Positions 24,597 through 35,065 of a stretch of DNA of 64,000 nucleotides are shown piece after piece; position 1 is the stretch's first letter; each line of letters starts with the position of its first letter. Made by a program: the position numbers and the translations under genes. This DNA comes from a virus. Location of the stretch: the IMG/VR virus record IMGVR_UViG_3300050020_000030, positions 24,640 to 88,639 of that record. One strand, written 5' to 3'. The notes under the pieces were generated by a model. The model was not told the origin of the DNA, did no database searches, and was given only the letters and a program-made list of their open reading frames with translations.

Positions 24597-27500
24597 ATGC
24601 CAGAAAACCCATTTACAAATCTATTATATCCCGGAGCACCGACTCCCGGAGAAAGTTCTCAAGGTACCACGCAGGGGGCGGGGGGAACTTCGTCTGGAAA
24701 TCCCTTTACAAGTATGCTCTACGGGCGGGGTACTGGCGGTTCTGGGCAATCGTCCCCCGGCTCTCCGCTTTCCGGAATTAACCCGGAGTCTGGACACGAC
24801 GAGTCTGACCGCTTCACTCAAGAAGACCCTAACGACAACTGGCTCCAAAAAGGCTGGTCTGCTCTAAACAAGCCGTTGAGTGAAACTATTGGAACATGGG
24901 TGACAGGGAAACCTTTTGGGCAATACCGTTCTGGGGCGGGCGGTCTAGAACGCGGAGCGGAGAAAGTTCTCTCCGGGATTACCTCCCCTCTCAGCTTACT
25001 GACTCTCGCTGCATTCGCACCAGCGAGCATTGGGGAATCCGTCGCCGGAACTGCTATCAAAGAAGGGCTGATGAGCGAAGTTGCTCCTCTCCTTGGCGAA
25101 GGTATGGACGCGGCTAAGGCCGGGAGTACAGTAGAAACCTACGCCAAAGCTTTGGGCGCGGCTAAGAAAGCCCTAGTAGCAAATACCAATATTGACGAAG
25201 CAGTAACCGCTGCTGGCATGGACCCGGCTCACTATACCAAGATTGGAGAATTCCTCCGGTCTCAGGGTCTCAAAGAAGACGATATGCTGGCCGAAGGTAC
25301 TGTCCGGAGAGTGGCCGCGCAAGGACTTAAAAAGGCCGGGGTATCTGCTGCCGGTTCCGTGGCTATCGCTAAAGGCGCGGAAACTCTAGTTAACGCCGGA
25401 TTTGCCTACCAGCAGATTCAGAGCGCCGTGTACTCTTTCCCCCGATTTACAGACCTAATGGAGCATGGACAATATGACGAGGCCGGGGAGTACCTTGTTA
25501 CCGGTGGGGCGGGAGTTCTGTTTGGCGGACTAGGAGCAGCACACTCTCTTCACAGTTTGGATACTCTGGTTCCCGGACTAAACGAAAAAGGGGAACTCCA
25601 GTATACCGAAGCTAACCGAAGTATGATGAATTTAGTCAAGGGCCGGGATGAAGAAATGGGCACGGGAAATACCCGCGTAAATACCCAAGCTAGCAATCTG
25701 CACCGAGAAGCCTTTAAACTTGCCGGGATAGATATCCCCGAATCTTTACAGTACAAAGAGGTTCCTTCTGATTTTGCGGGGCAGGCTAAACAATTCTTTG
25801 AGTCCCTCGTAGGGTCGGTCGCCAAAGTCAAAAGTGATGTACTCCACAACTCCCCGGCCAACGATCCGCGCTTACAGGCGTTTAGAAAGAAGATCAACTT
25901 TTCCATACAAGCCGGAGGGGATAGGAATTCTCTATTCCAGCAGGGAGATGCACTCGCACACGCTATGGGTCCGGAGGCGGAAAACGCTTGGCACGCATTT
26001 ACAAAAGACTATGTTAAGCCCGAAAGAACTGTAGAAAACATCATTGCTCGGCAAACAGAGGACTTACAACTAGTCAAGAAACAGGTAGCCACCGGGCAAG
26101 AGAACATCAAGTCTCTTTCAGACTCTGTGGCCCGGAAGACTCTAGATCGGGATAGGGCGAAAAGCCCGGAAGCGAAGGCAGAACACCAAAAAGTTTTGGA
26201 CGAGTTTCAAGACCAACTTTCGCAAGCTAGAGACACCCAAGAAGCCGCTCAGCAGAAGTTTGAAAGTCTCCGGAAGTGGGAAGGAAATCCTGATGAGGCT
26301 CTTAAGGCCCATCACCAAGACCTAGTACACCAGTTCTACGAAGCAAGGGAGCACCAGCCTTCTACCGAACCTTCTCCGGAAAATGGAACTGCCCTAGACG
26401 AGTTTAACCGCCGCGCTAATCTGATGGGTCGCGTAGGACGAGATGCCCAGATTATTCAGGAAGCCCACCCCGAATGGTTCAAAAATCAAGAACCTGTCGT
26501 TTCTTACCCAGAAAAAGGAACTGAAGGTAAAGTACCAACCTCCGAAGAGCAGACGGCGGAAGTAAGGCCAGAAGCTAAGTTACAGACTGTCCTCCCCGAA
26601 GACCTCGAAGGCTTTCAAGGAAGCAAGAACGCTACGTGGGAACAAGGCCCCCGCCATCCCGATCTTCCTGATGACCTCGAAGAACGCGTGGAAAAAGCCA
26701 AACCCAAGTTTCAAGAGATGGCTAGGAAAACTCCGAAGGAGTACCAGCACCGCCTAGATATCCTCAAGGGGTACGCTGATGCTGCGCGTGGACTCTCCCC
26801 GGAAGAACAGGCTTTCGCAGACAAGATCAAGGAAATGGATTTTGAAACCTGGGCTGCTGGAAGCAATAATAACCTCCTCAAAGGCTTCATAGAGAACCAT
26901 CTTTACCGCGACTGGAGTAAGGACTCCGGGGTAGGAAATGAACTCCTCGCACAGTCCCGTGCAGGAAACTTTGCTACTAATGTTATTCAGGCCCGCCATC
27001 GTACATTCCAAACCCCGCTAGAGGGTTTTCTCAAAACCAAGAGGATGACGAACTACGACCCAGTTGAGATGGTTCGCAAGAACGCAAACTGGATTGTAGA
27101 TGCTGCGGCGAATAGAAAAGTTGTCCATTCCCTCTTGAAGTCCGGACTCACCAACTCTAGGGGTATGCCCCTGTTTTTACTGAAGGGTTCCGGTAATGTG
27201 GCAGAGGGTGTGGATGGAAAACCGTCCGCTGCTATGGTTAACCCCGACAAGGTAATGCCTACGGATATTACTCCAGAACAAAAAGCCCGCATGTACGCCA
27301 ACGGGCAATGGGAGGCTTTACTCGCCACTAGGGAAGTTATAGATCGTACACCTTATGTATCTCTAGATAACATACCAGAGTGGATCAATTCTGTCAAGAA
27401 GAAAATCGCAAAGCTAGAACAAACTAATCCTCTCCTCGGAAATGGGATGACGGAAGCAGCCCGCCATAAAGCTAGCTGGGAAGAGATAGGAACTTTTGTC

Positions 27501-29828
27501 AAGGATAGAGCGGCTCGGTCTGCCCAGTATATCCGCGCCACTCTGAAAGCAGCGAAAGCTGATGGCGGTCGAACTTCTACGGACGTTCCTTCCGATATCG
27601 CAGTAACTCCCTACATAACCAAGATACTCCACTCGGGGGGAGTCCTGTCCGATAGAGATATTCTTCGGGCGAGTCAGCACGCAGATAAACTTGAAACTCA
27701 GGCAGAAGGCGCAAGTAGTTCTGCTCACTGGAGGAATCCTAAAGAAGGAGTTATCCGTGCTCCGGAAGTCGGGGAACTCCTGCGTATGAACAAAAAATTC
27801 ATCCCCCCCGAACTCCAGAAGTACCTGGATGAACAACACGACAAATTTGCCTACGATAAAGACGGTAAGCCTATTCGTACCGCCGATGGTAACTGGGATA
27901 CCAAGGGTTTAACCAAAGCTATGCAGGCCGTCGAGCACGCCGCGAATAGCGGGGAGTACCCTCAACTACAGCTAGACCTCAAGGACTTAAGTGAAATTCA
28001 TGAGAAATACTCCTCAGTAAATCCAATCTCCCAAGCGAATGCTCGACCCGAGGCGGAAAAACTTCTTTCGGATATAAACTCTCGCCAGCCCGGAAAATTT
28101 CAGTTCGCCCCCAAGCCCGGAGACTATCAGGAGATCGACCACCCTGCATTCCAAAACTGGAACTTCATGACCTCTACCCCAGACGGTACCTCAGTACTAG
28201 CTAAAACAGGGGTAATGGTAGACAAGAGTATCCATAATTATATTGTAAACAGACTGGGGTTAGAAACCTCGGCTCTCCGGAAAACGGAAGGGATCGGTAA
28301 GCTAACTGCTCCTATCCTCAAGGGCGGGGCTGAAGCTAAATCCCTGCTGTTGAGCGGCTCACCTTTCCACGTCATCCAGGAAATGATTCGCGGACTTATG
28401 CTGGGGATTAACCCCCTGATCCGTCCTAATCCGGTAGCTGATCTTACTGCAAAGTTCAATACAGTACGGGGGGAAAAAGCCCTCTATCAGCTTGGAGTTA
28501 GAAACGGTCTAACTATCGGAGGTTCCCACGAAGGCTCGCTATTTTCTGAGGGACTGGCTTCACCCTCAAAGCTCGTAGCTAAGATTCCGGTCTGGGGTCC
28601 GATCTCGGATGAAATCCATTCGATGTTATTTGATCGATACATTCCTGCACTTAAAGCTTCTGCTTTCAAGAAGATGTTCGATAAGTACGCTACGGCTCAC
28701 CCAGACTGGGAAGACGACGCCGTAGCAGAGCACGCGGCTAAACACGTCAACAACGCTTTCGGTGGGCAGAACTGGAAGGAGATGGGCCGGTCAGCTACCA
28801 CACAAGACTGGTTCAATCTTGTATCTCTCGCACCTGACTGGCTGGAATCTGAAATGAGATTCGCGGCTAGCACAATGAACAATGCAGGACTAGGTGCCGG
28901 TAAGTACAGAGAAGAAGAAGGCAAGAACTTCTCCCGCCAGCAGGTAGCTGTTATGGCGGCGGGAACCTACATGATGGCCCGCGTCCTGAATGGTCTGTAC
29001 TCCGGAGACCCTCATTTTGAAACACCGTTCGGGCTAGCCACTAAGGATAAGGACGGAAAAACGATAGAGTTCGGAGTAAGGACTTTACCGGGGGATATCC
29101 TGCACATGGCGAGCGATCCTAAAGGATTCCTCACCGGACGCGAAAGTCCCTTTGTCCGCACTGCCCAAGAACTTGTTACCGGACGAAACCAGTTCGGTCA
29201 GAAGCTCACGGACGGTGAAAAGTTTGCTGATGTGGTTTCCCAGTTCTCGCCAATCGGTTTCCAGAATGTAATGAAAACTGTCACAGGCACAACCACAGGA
29301 ACCGACGTTGGTACCCCCGCTCAGATAGCAAAATCCTCCGGCGCAACCGCCTCGGTCTACAGGTCTCCTGCGCAAAAGTTGGCCGCTAACCTAGCCGCCG
29401 AGAGAAGCGAGGAAGGCGCAATGTCTCCACAAAAGGTAGCAAAGCATCGTGTCATTCTTAAGCTTGAGGAGGATATCAAGGCGGGCAGGCTCACCGGGCA
29501 AGGTCTTCAGGACATGGCGGATAGCGGACAGTTAGATCAAGACTCGGTAAAGAACATCCTCAAGGTCGTAAAGGAGACCGCAGGACTGGACCCAGAAAAC
29601 ACTCGACTATACTCCCGCGTTTCTAGACTCGATGCTCAAGGGGCTATGGATGTGCTTAAGGACGCTAACTCTTCTGAACGGCAGATTCTCCTACCCCTGG
29701 TGGAGAAAAAAGTGAAGGCTTATTTGAAAAAGAGTAGAACCGGGTCGGTTCCAACAGAAAGAATGTCAGACCCTACTTTTCTTGAGGCTCGGAAAATGTT
29801 CCCACAAACAGTTGAAGCCCCTGATTAA
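24597..29828 (+). CDS. Large ejection/internal virion protein (1743 aa)
   Basis: Last and largest helical A/E/K-rich gene of the module; NPFT.xLY N-terminal repeat. Confidence 0.65.
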   Translation: MPENPFTNLLYPGAPTPGESSQGTTQGAGGTSSGNPFTSMLYGRGTGGSGQSSPGSPLSGINPESGHDESDRFTQEDPNDNWLQKGWSALNKPLSETIGTWVTGKPFGQYRSGAGGLERGAEKVLSGITSPLSLLTLAAFAPASIGESVAGTAIKEGLMSEVAPLLGEGMDAAKAGSTVETYAKALGAAKKALVANTNIDEAVTAAGMDPAHYTKIGEFLRSQGLKEDDMLAEGTVRRVAAQGLKKAGVSAAGSVAIAKGAETLVNAGFAYQQIQSAVYSFPRFTDLMEHGQYDEAGEYLVTGGAGVLFGGLGAAHSLHSLDTLVPGLNEKGELQYTEANRSMMNLVKGRDEEMGTGNTRVNTQASNLHREAFKLAGIDIPESLQYKEVPSDFAGQAKQFFESLVGSVAKVKSDVLHNSPANDPRLQAFRKKINFSIQAGGDRNSLFQQGDALAHAMGPEAENAWHAFTKDYVKPERTVENIIARQTEDLQLVKKQVATGQENIKSLSDSVARKTLDRDRAKSPEAKAEHQKVLDEFQDQLSQARDTQEAAQQKFESLRKWEGNPDEALKAHHQDLVHQFYEAREHQPSTEPSPENGTALDEFNRRANLMGRVGRDAQIIQEAHPEWFKNQEPVVSYPEKGTEGKVPTSEEQTAEVRPEAKLQTVLPEDLEGFQGSKNATWEQGPRHPDLPDDLEERVEKAKPKFQEMARKTPKEYQHRLDILKGYADAARGLSPEEQAFADKIKEMDFETWAAGSNNNLLKGFIENHLYRDWSKDSGVGNELLAQSRAGNFATNVIQARHRTFQTPLEGFLKTKRMTNYDPVEMVRKNANWIVDAAANRKVVHSLLKSGLTNSRGMPLFLLKGSGNVAEGVDGKPSAAMVNPDKVMPTDITPEQKARMYANGQWEALLATREVIDRTPYVSLDNIPEWINSVKKKIAKLEQTNPLLGNGMTEAARHKASWEEIGTFVKDRAARSAQYIRATLKAAKADGGRTSTDVPSDIAVTPYITKILHSGGVLSDRDILRASQHADKLETQAEGASSSAHWRNPKEGVIRAPEVGELLRMNKKFIPPELQKYLDEQHDKFAYDKDGKPIRTADGNWDTKGLTKAMQAVEHAANSGEYPQLQLDLKDLSEIHEKYSSVNPISQANARPEAEKLLSDINSRQPGKFQFAPKPGDYQEIDHPAFQNWNFMTSTPDGTSVLAKTGVMVDKSIHNYIVNRLGLETSALRKTEGIGKLTAPILKGGAEAKSLLLSGSPFHVIQEMIRGLMLGINPLIRPNPVADLTAKFNTVRGEKALYQLGVRNGLTIGGSHEGSLFSEGLASPSKLVAKIPVWGPISDEIHSMLFDRYIPALKASAFKKMFDKYATAHPDWEDDAVAEHAAKHVNNAFGGQNWKEMGRSATTQDWFNLVSLAPDWLESEMRFAASTMNNAGLGAGKYREEEGKNFSRQQVAVMAAGTYMMARVLNGLYSGDPHFETPFGLATKDKDGKTIEFGVRTLPGDILHMASDPKGFLTGRESPFVRTAQELVTGRNQFGQKLTDGEKFADVVSQFSPIGFQNVMKTVTGTTTGTDVGTPAQIAKSSGATASVYRSPAQKLAANLAAERSEEGAMSPQKVAKHRVILKLEEDIKAGRLTGQGLQDMADSGQLDQDSVKNILKVVKETAGLDPENTRLYSRVSRLDAQGAMDVLKDANSSERQILLPLVEKKVKAYLKKSRTGSVPTERMSDPTFLEARKMFPQTVEAPD

Positions 29829-29889
29829 GGAGGCTTCATACTTATTAGATGTAACAGAACTCAAAAGGATTCAAAAAGTTTTCAAAATA

Positions 29890-29916
29890 AAAGCCCACCC
29901 CTAAAAGGTGGGCTTT
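29890..29916. terminator. Bidirectional intrinsic terminator
   Basis: AAAGCCCACC-7nt-GGTGGGCTTT between convergent modules. Confidence 0.8.
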
Positions 29917-30123
29917 GTTCTGGTCTCGCTCTCGGTGGTCTGGGAAAGTTAAGAATTCTTTCGGCCAAAACTCAAGGGTACTCCGCTTTCTTTCTGGTAT
30001 CAATATAGATTATTCTACTGTGCCTTGCGGGTGAGTGCATGTTTTTCTCCTATACCCTATTAGATGTAGGTTAGGAGAAAAGGTATACTTGCAGTTCAAA
30101 AAATGAGTAATAAAAGTAGTAGT

Positions 30124-30146
30124 AAAAAGCCCCCTTTCGGGGGCTT
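30124..30146 (-). terminator. Intrinsic terminator of the minus-strand operon
   Basis: AAGCCCCC-GAAA-GGGGGCTTTTT on the minus strand. Confidence 0.85.
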
Positions 30147-30474
30147 AGTTTTTGTCTACGTGTTTTCTTAGTTGGTCCCAAACATCTTGCGATACCATTA
30201 GAGTCCTTGGCGGGAGCCAGTCGTGTACCCGAATTGTCCACCCTTCAAAGCCTCCTTCAGCCACTACGTCTGAATACTCTTTTTTCCTTCTTTCATACTC
30301 TTCTTCCCAGAACTGGGTATTAGCTTCTCCGGGAGTATCTGCTCTAGGGCCGGTGAGCAGACACCTAGAACACACACTGTAGTAGTCTTTTTTCTTAGTT
30401 GGATTCCACAAAGGGGTAACGGTTTCAACATTCTCTACAAGGTAATCAGCCCCGCAAGTATGAAAACATCTCAT
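30145..30474 (-). CDS. Hypothetical Zn-ribbon (Lar-like) protein
   Basis: CFHTCG...CSRC..TGP; TAATG coupling. Confidence 0.55.
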   Translation of the reverse strand: MRCFHTCGADYLVENVETVTPLWNPTKKKDYYSVCSRCLLTGPRADTPGEANTQFWEEEYERRKKEYSDVVAEGGFEGWTIRVHDWLPPRTLMVSQDVWDQLRKHVDKN

Positions 30475-30671
30475 TATAGTCCTCCTACATCCCACCTACG
30501 GTTAATCTCGTGGTTGTCTTGCGTGCCGTAAATTTCTGAGACCACCCACACCCTATCGTCGCCTTTGAGAGAAATCCTCATGGCGACTTTTAGTTTGTAT
30601 TCGTCACTGGGTAGCCAACAAGTCATTTCGGTTCCCGGCTCACTGAATAGTTTTACTTGGGTGATTTTCAT
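30474..30671 (-). CDS. Hypothetical protein (65 aa)
   Basis: ATGA overlap with RNR. Confidence 0.65.
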   Translation of the reverse strand: MKITQVKLFSEPGTEMTCWLPSDEYKLKVAMRISLKGDDRVWVVSEIYGTQDNHEINRRWDVGGL

Positions 30672-33487
30672 CGTAGTGGGCAGGCCCCTCCTTCACATTC
30701 CATCCCGTCAATCAAACCACCTTCTCCCACGTCTTCGAAGTCAATAGGCTTGATTTTCTTGGATAGCTTCTCGTACTGTTCCCTCGTGATTGCTTCCTTC
30801 GGTGCCTGAACAAATCCGTGATCGCTGGCGCAAAGAAAGCTAATAGACTTGATGTACTGAAGATTCTCCGCGAGCCAAATCTTCAGCTTAGGGATATCTT
30901 CCCGCTTGTAATACACGGTAACAGATACGGCTTGATCCGACCAATGCTTCTGAGCGAACTTCAGAACATCAAGCTGCTTCCATGTATCCCAGTCTTCGTC
31001 TGCTACGGGGAACCCGTCCGGAGCCTTCTGATAGAAGTCTACAACCATCGTATTCGGGTTAACCTCCCCAAAGTTGTTCTGAGGCTCCATGTAGTGCCCC
31101 GCTGCCCGGAGTTTAGGAATCAGGGGGTCACTTGAGCCGAACCTAACTCTCTGGATCATGTACCGGCTATATGCTGCGTGTATCCCCTCGTACCCCATAC
31201 AGTCAAGAACCTTGCTCATAGTTCCGCTTGGCTTGACCAACGTAGTTCTCTTACTGAGTGGAATTCCTAGTTCCGCGCTATACTTTCGGTCCTCGTCCTG
31301 AACTGCCTCGTAAACCCTGTCTAGTGTACTTGCATTAAAAAGAGGCGAAGCCAGACACCCGGTAATGCCGATACCCGTCCTGCGGTTCCTCTTAATAACC
31401 TCATCGGACAGCTTGTGGTGGTACTTCTCCATAGTAACCCGCTTGGTGTACCTCTGCATTAGGCGGGCGATTTTTTCAAACTCTTCTTCTGAGTCTACAT
31501 TCGGGAGAGGGATTTCCGCCAGATTACAGCTTTCCCCATTCTCTAGTTGCGATTCAACACACTGCCCAGTAACTACCCCCTCGAAGCATCCTGTGCCATT
31601 TTTGGGGTCTGTAAAACAGTAGACCTTCTCGGCAAACCCGGAGTCTTCTACAGATACTACAGTTACAAATCTTCCTGCATTTCTTTGGGGAGAGAACCCT
31701 TCCAGAGGTAGCCTCTCACAGTGTAGTCCGATGCTTACTAATTCCTGCATTTCCTGAGAGCCAACTAGTAGTCTCCAAGAGTCTTGACAGTCAAAAAGCC
31801 TAGTTCCTCCCCGTCCATTGGGCATCAGCCTCTTCCCCGCGAGATTAGCTAGAGTAACCTTTGTATTTACTCCCAGAGTTGTTAACATCTTTTGGGTGTC
31901 AAGAAGAAAAGTTTTATCGACAGAGCATACTTGGGTACCCCCCTCTTTTAGAAGAGTTCCGTCTCCATCCAACAAACCCGCAAACCAGTTCAGTCGAGAA
32001 TCTACGTCCCAAACAGTATCTGGGACAAAGGACTTCTTTAGCTTCTGGTAGGTGGGTATTACCGTGGCTCTTTCTTGAGATTCTTTATATTCTTTTGCCT
32101 CTGCCTGAAGACGGGAAATGCACATAAACTTCGGTCTGTACACATAGAAGTACTTGTAGTCATCCATCCCCTCTGCCGAGAGAAAACCCTGTGTATACGC
32201 AAAATCATAGTTATACTTTCCGGGAACTATGGGCATATCAAACTTAGCTAAAGGAGTTCCTATCGCCAAATCTTTTGCTTTAACTTTTTTTGTCGCCCCG
32301 GTATACCCAATAGCAGTTACGAATTCATGGTAGAGGGTGCATGTAAGACTTTGACCAGAAGAAAGGATAACTTTTACGAGAGGCTGGTTTCCCCCTGTAA
32401 TCCCCGGACGTACTTTGGAGAATTCAATGCCATTCCAAACTTCTACTTCCTGTCCGATAAGAGAGTCAATTCTCCGGTACCCCTCTGAGGTAAGAATCTC
32501 CGTGTATCCCGGAACGCAAGGATTAAACCCAATCGCCGCGTCGGGTTTCAGTTCTCCCATACGCCCGTACTTCTGGGCGTTCTTGATGTTGATAATCCCA
32601 AAAGGCTCTCCCTGCTCATAGGTCTTCCAGAACAAGGGATGTAGGTCCTCTATGTCCTCACACACGATACTGTAGTTTGCATTGCTCCTGTGGGGAGGAA
32701 TCTGCCCAAGGTCCCACCTCTTAGCCTTCAGATACTCCTTGTCCCAGCAGTCCCCTTGGATTAGAATCGCGCTTCTGCGAACATTGCCGCTTACTACTAG
32801 TTGACCTGTTGCTGTAAGGATATCCGCCGCGTCTATCGGTCTCATATTCTTCCCTTCTCGGGAGACGAAGATAGCACATAGGTTTTTAACAAATTCAATT
32901 AGGGGAAGAGGCCCAGAGGCCGTCCCGCCAAACCCAATAATAGCTTCGTCCCTCCCCCGCAGACAGATAGTGGAGTAACTGAAACTCTTGCCCGTAACAA
33001 AGAAACTTTCAAGAATCCTGTGGAAAAATTCTCCCCACCCTTCTCTACTATCCGGAATAATAAAGTCTGCGTCCTTGGTGGGCTTGTGGATAATCACAAT
33101 ACCCTTCTTCACCTTCGGGAGTTTACTGGTGTATTTATGTTCCACACTCATCCCGACCCCTCCCCCCAGCATGAGGAGGTCGAGAGCGATTACAAAGTTG
33201 TACCAGTCTGCCGCTGTCAGGAACCAGCAGTTACAGCACGCGGCTCCGCCCACCTTCTGGTGGCTAGGTGCCCCCGAGAACCAATACCCCCGTCCTGCGG
33301 GACCCCCTTTTCGTTCCTGCCCAATCCTGATAAGCTCTTTGATCTCACTTTCCGGTACGTTCTTTCCTTTAACATTTCCCATTACGGAACGCTCTACGGT
33401 CTGATCCCAGTTCTCTAGGACTCCGGAGTCCTTGCGGGCGTAAGTTCGGCGGTAGACCACACGAGCCAAATTGCTCCAATCTTTCAA
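30668..33487 (-). CDS. nrdJ: Class II (B12-dependent) ribonucleotide reductase with intein
   Basis: RTYAR, GGGVG, RRSA, NP|CVE, KPSGT, C-terminal CEGGACP. Confidence 0.93.
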   Translation of the reverse strand: MKDWSNLARVVYRRTYARKDSGVLENWDQTVERSVMGNVKGKNVPESEIKELIRIGQERKGGPAGRGYWFSGAPSHQKVGGAACCNCWFLTAADWYNFVIALDLLMLGGGVGMSVEHKYTSKLPKVKKGIVIIHKPTKDADFIIPDSREGWGEFFHRILESFFVTGKSFSYSTICLRGRDEAIIGFGGTASGPLPLIEFVKNLCAIFVSREGKNMRPIDAADILTATGQLVVSGNVRRSAILIQGDCWDKEYLKAKRWDLGQIPPHRSNANYSIVCEDIEDLHPLFWKTYEQGEPFGIINIKNAQKYGRMGELKPDAAIGFNPCVPGYTEILTSEGYRRIDSLIGQEVEVWNGIEFSKVRPGITGGNQPLVKVILSSGQSLTCTLYHEFVTAIGYTGATKKVKAKDLAIGTPLAKFDMPIVPGKYNYDFAYTQGFLSAEGMDDYKYFYVYRPKFMCISRLQAEAKEYKESQERATVIPTYQKLKKSFVPDTVWDVDSRLNWFAGLLDGDGTLLKEGGTQVCSVDKTFLLDTQKMLTTLGVNTKVTLANLAGKRLMPNGRGGTRLFDCQDSWRLLVGSQEMQELVSIGLHCERLPLEGFSPQRNAGRFVTVVSVEDSGFAEKVYCFTDPKNGTGCFEGVVTGQCVESQLENGESCNLAEIPLPNVDSEEEFEKIARLMQRYTKRVTMEKYHHKLSDEVIKRNRRTGIGITGCLASPLFNASTLDRVYEAVQDEDRKYSAELGIPLSKRTTLVKPSGTMSKVLDCMGYEGIHAAYSRYMIQRVRFGSSDPLIPKLRAAGHYMEPQNNFGEVNPNTMVVDFYQKAPDGFPVADEDWDTWKQLDVLKFAQKHWSDQAVSVTVYYKREDIPKLKIWLAENLQYIKSISFLCASDHGFVQAPKEAITREQYEKLSKKIKPIDFEDVGEGGLIDGMECEGGACPLR
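31562..32518 (-). mobile_element. Intein in RNR (319 aa), LAGLIDADG endonuclease, Gln-terminated
   Basis: CVPGYTEILT...VYCFT...GVVTGQ|C; GFLSAEG and AGLLDGDG motifs. Confidence 0.92.
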
Positions 33488-33488
33488 T

Positions 33489-33848
33489 TTACTTAATCTC
33501 CTTGATACTTATATTTCGTCGGGCGGCTACCATCGCTATGGCGGTGGACTCAATTGCACACTCTACGTGTGGGTTAAATTTTCCGGTATGCGGAGTACAG
33601 TAAAAGAATCGTAAATGAAGTAGCTCGTGAACTACCGTGACTTCCAGATCATGAACAGCCGTATGAGTTTCGTCCATGAACTCCGGGTCCAAGACTTCCA
33701 TCAAGACTGTATTCTGCATAGGCTTAATAGTAGAGCACCCATAGCTAGCGGGGTCTTGTGTTATTACCGGGGTGATAGCCCAATCTGTTAATCGGAGAGC
33801 TTTCTGCCAGTAATGGGTGTGTGCTTTTACTTCCGAGATCAGGCTAAT
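33489..33848 (-). CDS. HExxH metallopeptidase-like protein, probable ATT start
   Basis: WQKALRLTDW...VVHELLH; GGAGG 6 nt before in-frame ATT. Confidence 0.6.
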   Translation of the reverse strand: MSLISEVKAHTHYWQKALRLTDWAITPVITQDPASYGCSTIKPMQNTVLMEVLDPEFMDETHTAVHDLEVTVVHELLHLRFFYCTPHTGKFNPHVECAIESTAIAMVAARRNISIKEIK

Positions 33849-34047
33849 TTTGGGCCTCCGCTCTTCGATTCCAGCCTGTAGACACTTTTAGGGGGTCCCA
33901 GTGGCCCATCTCGGCAGGGCACTCAGTACAGCGTATTGAGTAAATAAAGGAGCCACCTATTCCTTCTTGGGAGGTGAGGTCTGTGGTATTCCATATTTTA
34001 CTACTTCCACAAAAAGGGCAAGGTTTAATACCCGGTGTATATGCCAT
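33844..34047 (-). CDS. Lar-family restriction alleviation protein
   Basis: KPCPFCG...CTEC...WNRRA. Confidence 0.75.
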   Translation of the reverse strand: MAYTPGIKPCPFCGSSKIWNTTDLTSQEGIGGSFIYSIRCTECPAEMGHWDPLKVSTGWNRRAEAQN

Positions 34048-34619
34048 TAGTTGTTTGCCTCCCCCTGTAAGTAGTTAAGTAACGCCCCCGCTTGGGCTTC
34101 AAGCAGCTTTGTCTGACCTTTCTTTACCGTCAGAAAGTAGTCAGCCTCAATATCGTGTGTCCCTGTTTCCGAGATATGGTTAGGGTCCCTATCTTGACTA
34201 ATGTAGGAAATCCCGTCCTTGACCAAAGCTGTTACCCGGACAATAGCCGAAGTCCCTGTAGGACCTACGCAATATTGCTCCTGAATAAAGGTAGCTTCAT
34301 TAGGAAACCGCACGTTTGGAATAATCGCCACGTCCCAGAAAGTATTCTCAAGGTCTTCCTCAAGGAGTTCAACCCAATGATCTACGTTCTCCGCACGGCG
34401 GGACATTCCCCTTTCGACCAGTAAGGATACATTGTCCTTGAGGTCTTCTCGTGTAGCCGACTTAGGAACTAGCCCGTCACTTTTCAGATCGGCTAGAACG
34501 TAGTCAGACAACTCAAAAATCTTGGCCGTAAGACCTTTAGCTTCAGCGGCCTTGAGAATTCCAAGGGCCACCATAGACTTCCCACTTTTTGCGCGGCCAG
34601 TTATCCCCAGCAAAATCAT
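34047..34619 (-). CDS. Deoxynucleoside monophosphate kinase
   Basis: GITGRAKSGKS, VRFPNEA, HISE. Confidence 0.8.
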   Translation of the reverse strand: MILLGITGRAKSGKSMVALGILKAAEAKGLTAKIFELSDYVLADLKSDGLVPKSATREDLKDNVSLLVERGMSRRAENVDHWVELLEEDLENTFWDVAIIPNVRFPNEATFIQEQYCVGPTGTSAIVRVTALVKDGISYISQDRDPNHISETGTHDIEADYFLTVKKGQTKLLEAQAGALLNYLQGEANN

Positions 34620-35065
34620 TGAATTTCCTTTCCGGTTTCCGAAAATTCTTTAAACCTAACTTTGTAGTCCTTGAGGTCATCGAAGTAGGGGTAAGTATAG
34701 GTCACGTAGGGTGCTTGCCACCCCCACGTCCACTTTTCGCTTTGAACCTGATCGACCGCCTCATTAACGATATTAGAGCCTGTGATAGTCCCGCCAGACT
34801 CGACACTGGCCCCCTCAGTATCCTTTACCGCGTCTTTGGTTATTCCTGTAAACACAGTACCAACCTCGTTGATACTAATTATATCATAGAACTGGTAAGG
34901 ACCGTCTTGACCGACAGCTTCGGCATAGTCTTCTGCAAGTTCATTTGCTTCTCGAAGGCTATTGGCTAGGATTTGGACTTCTTCCTCATCTTGGCTATCT
35001 TGGTCGGCTGACTTGTACTTTCGGATTGTAACGTCGTAGAGGGTGCTGAAATTTGGCTCGGACAT
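34616..35065 (-). CDS. Hypothetical acidic protein
   Basis: ORF, GGAG SD. Confidence 0.6.
   Translation of the reverse strand: MSEPNFSTLYDVTIRKYKSADQDSQDEEEVQILANSLREANELAEDYAEAVGQDGPYQFYDIISINEVGTVFTGITKDAVKDTEGASVESGGTITGSNIVNEAVDQVQSEKWTWGWQAPYVTYTYPYFDDLKDYKVRFKEFSETGKEIQ

Noticed and set aside
13866-29375. Many 60-140 aa antisense ORFs within structural genes
   Set aside because: Shadows of long sense genes with no RBS or motifs.
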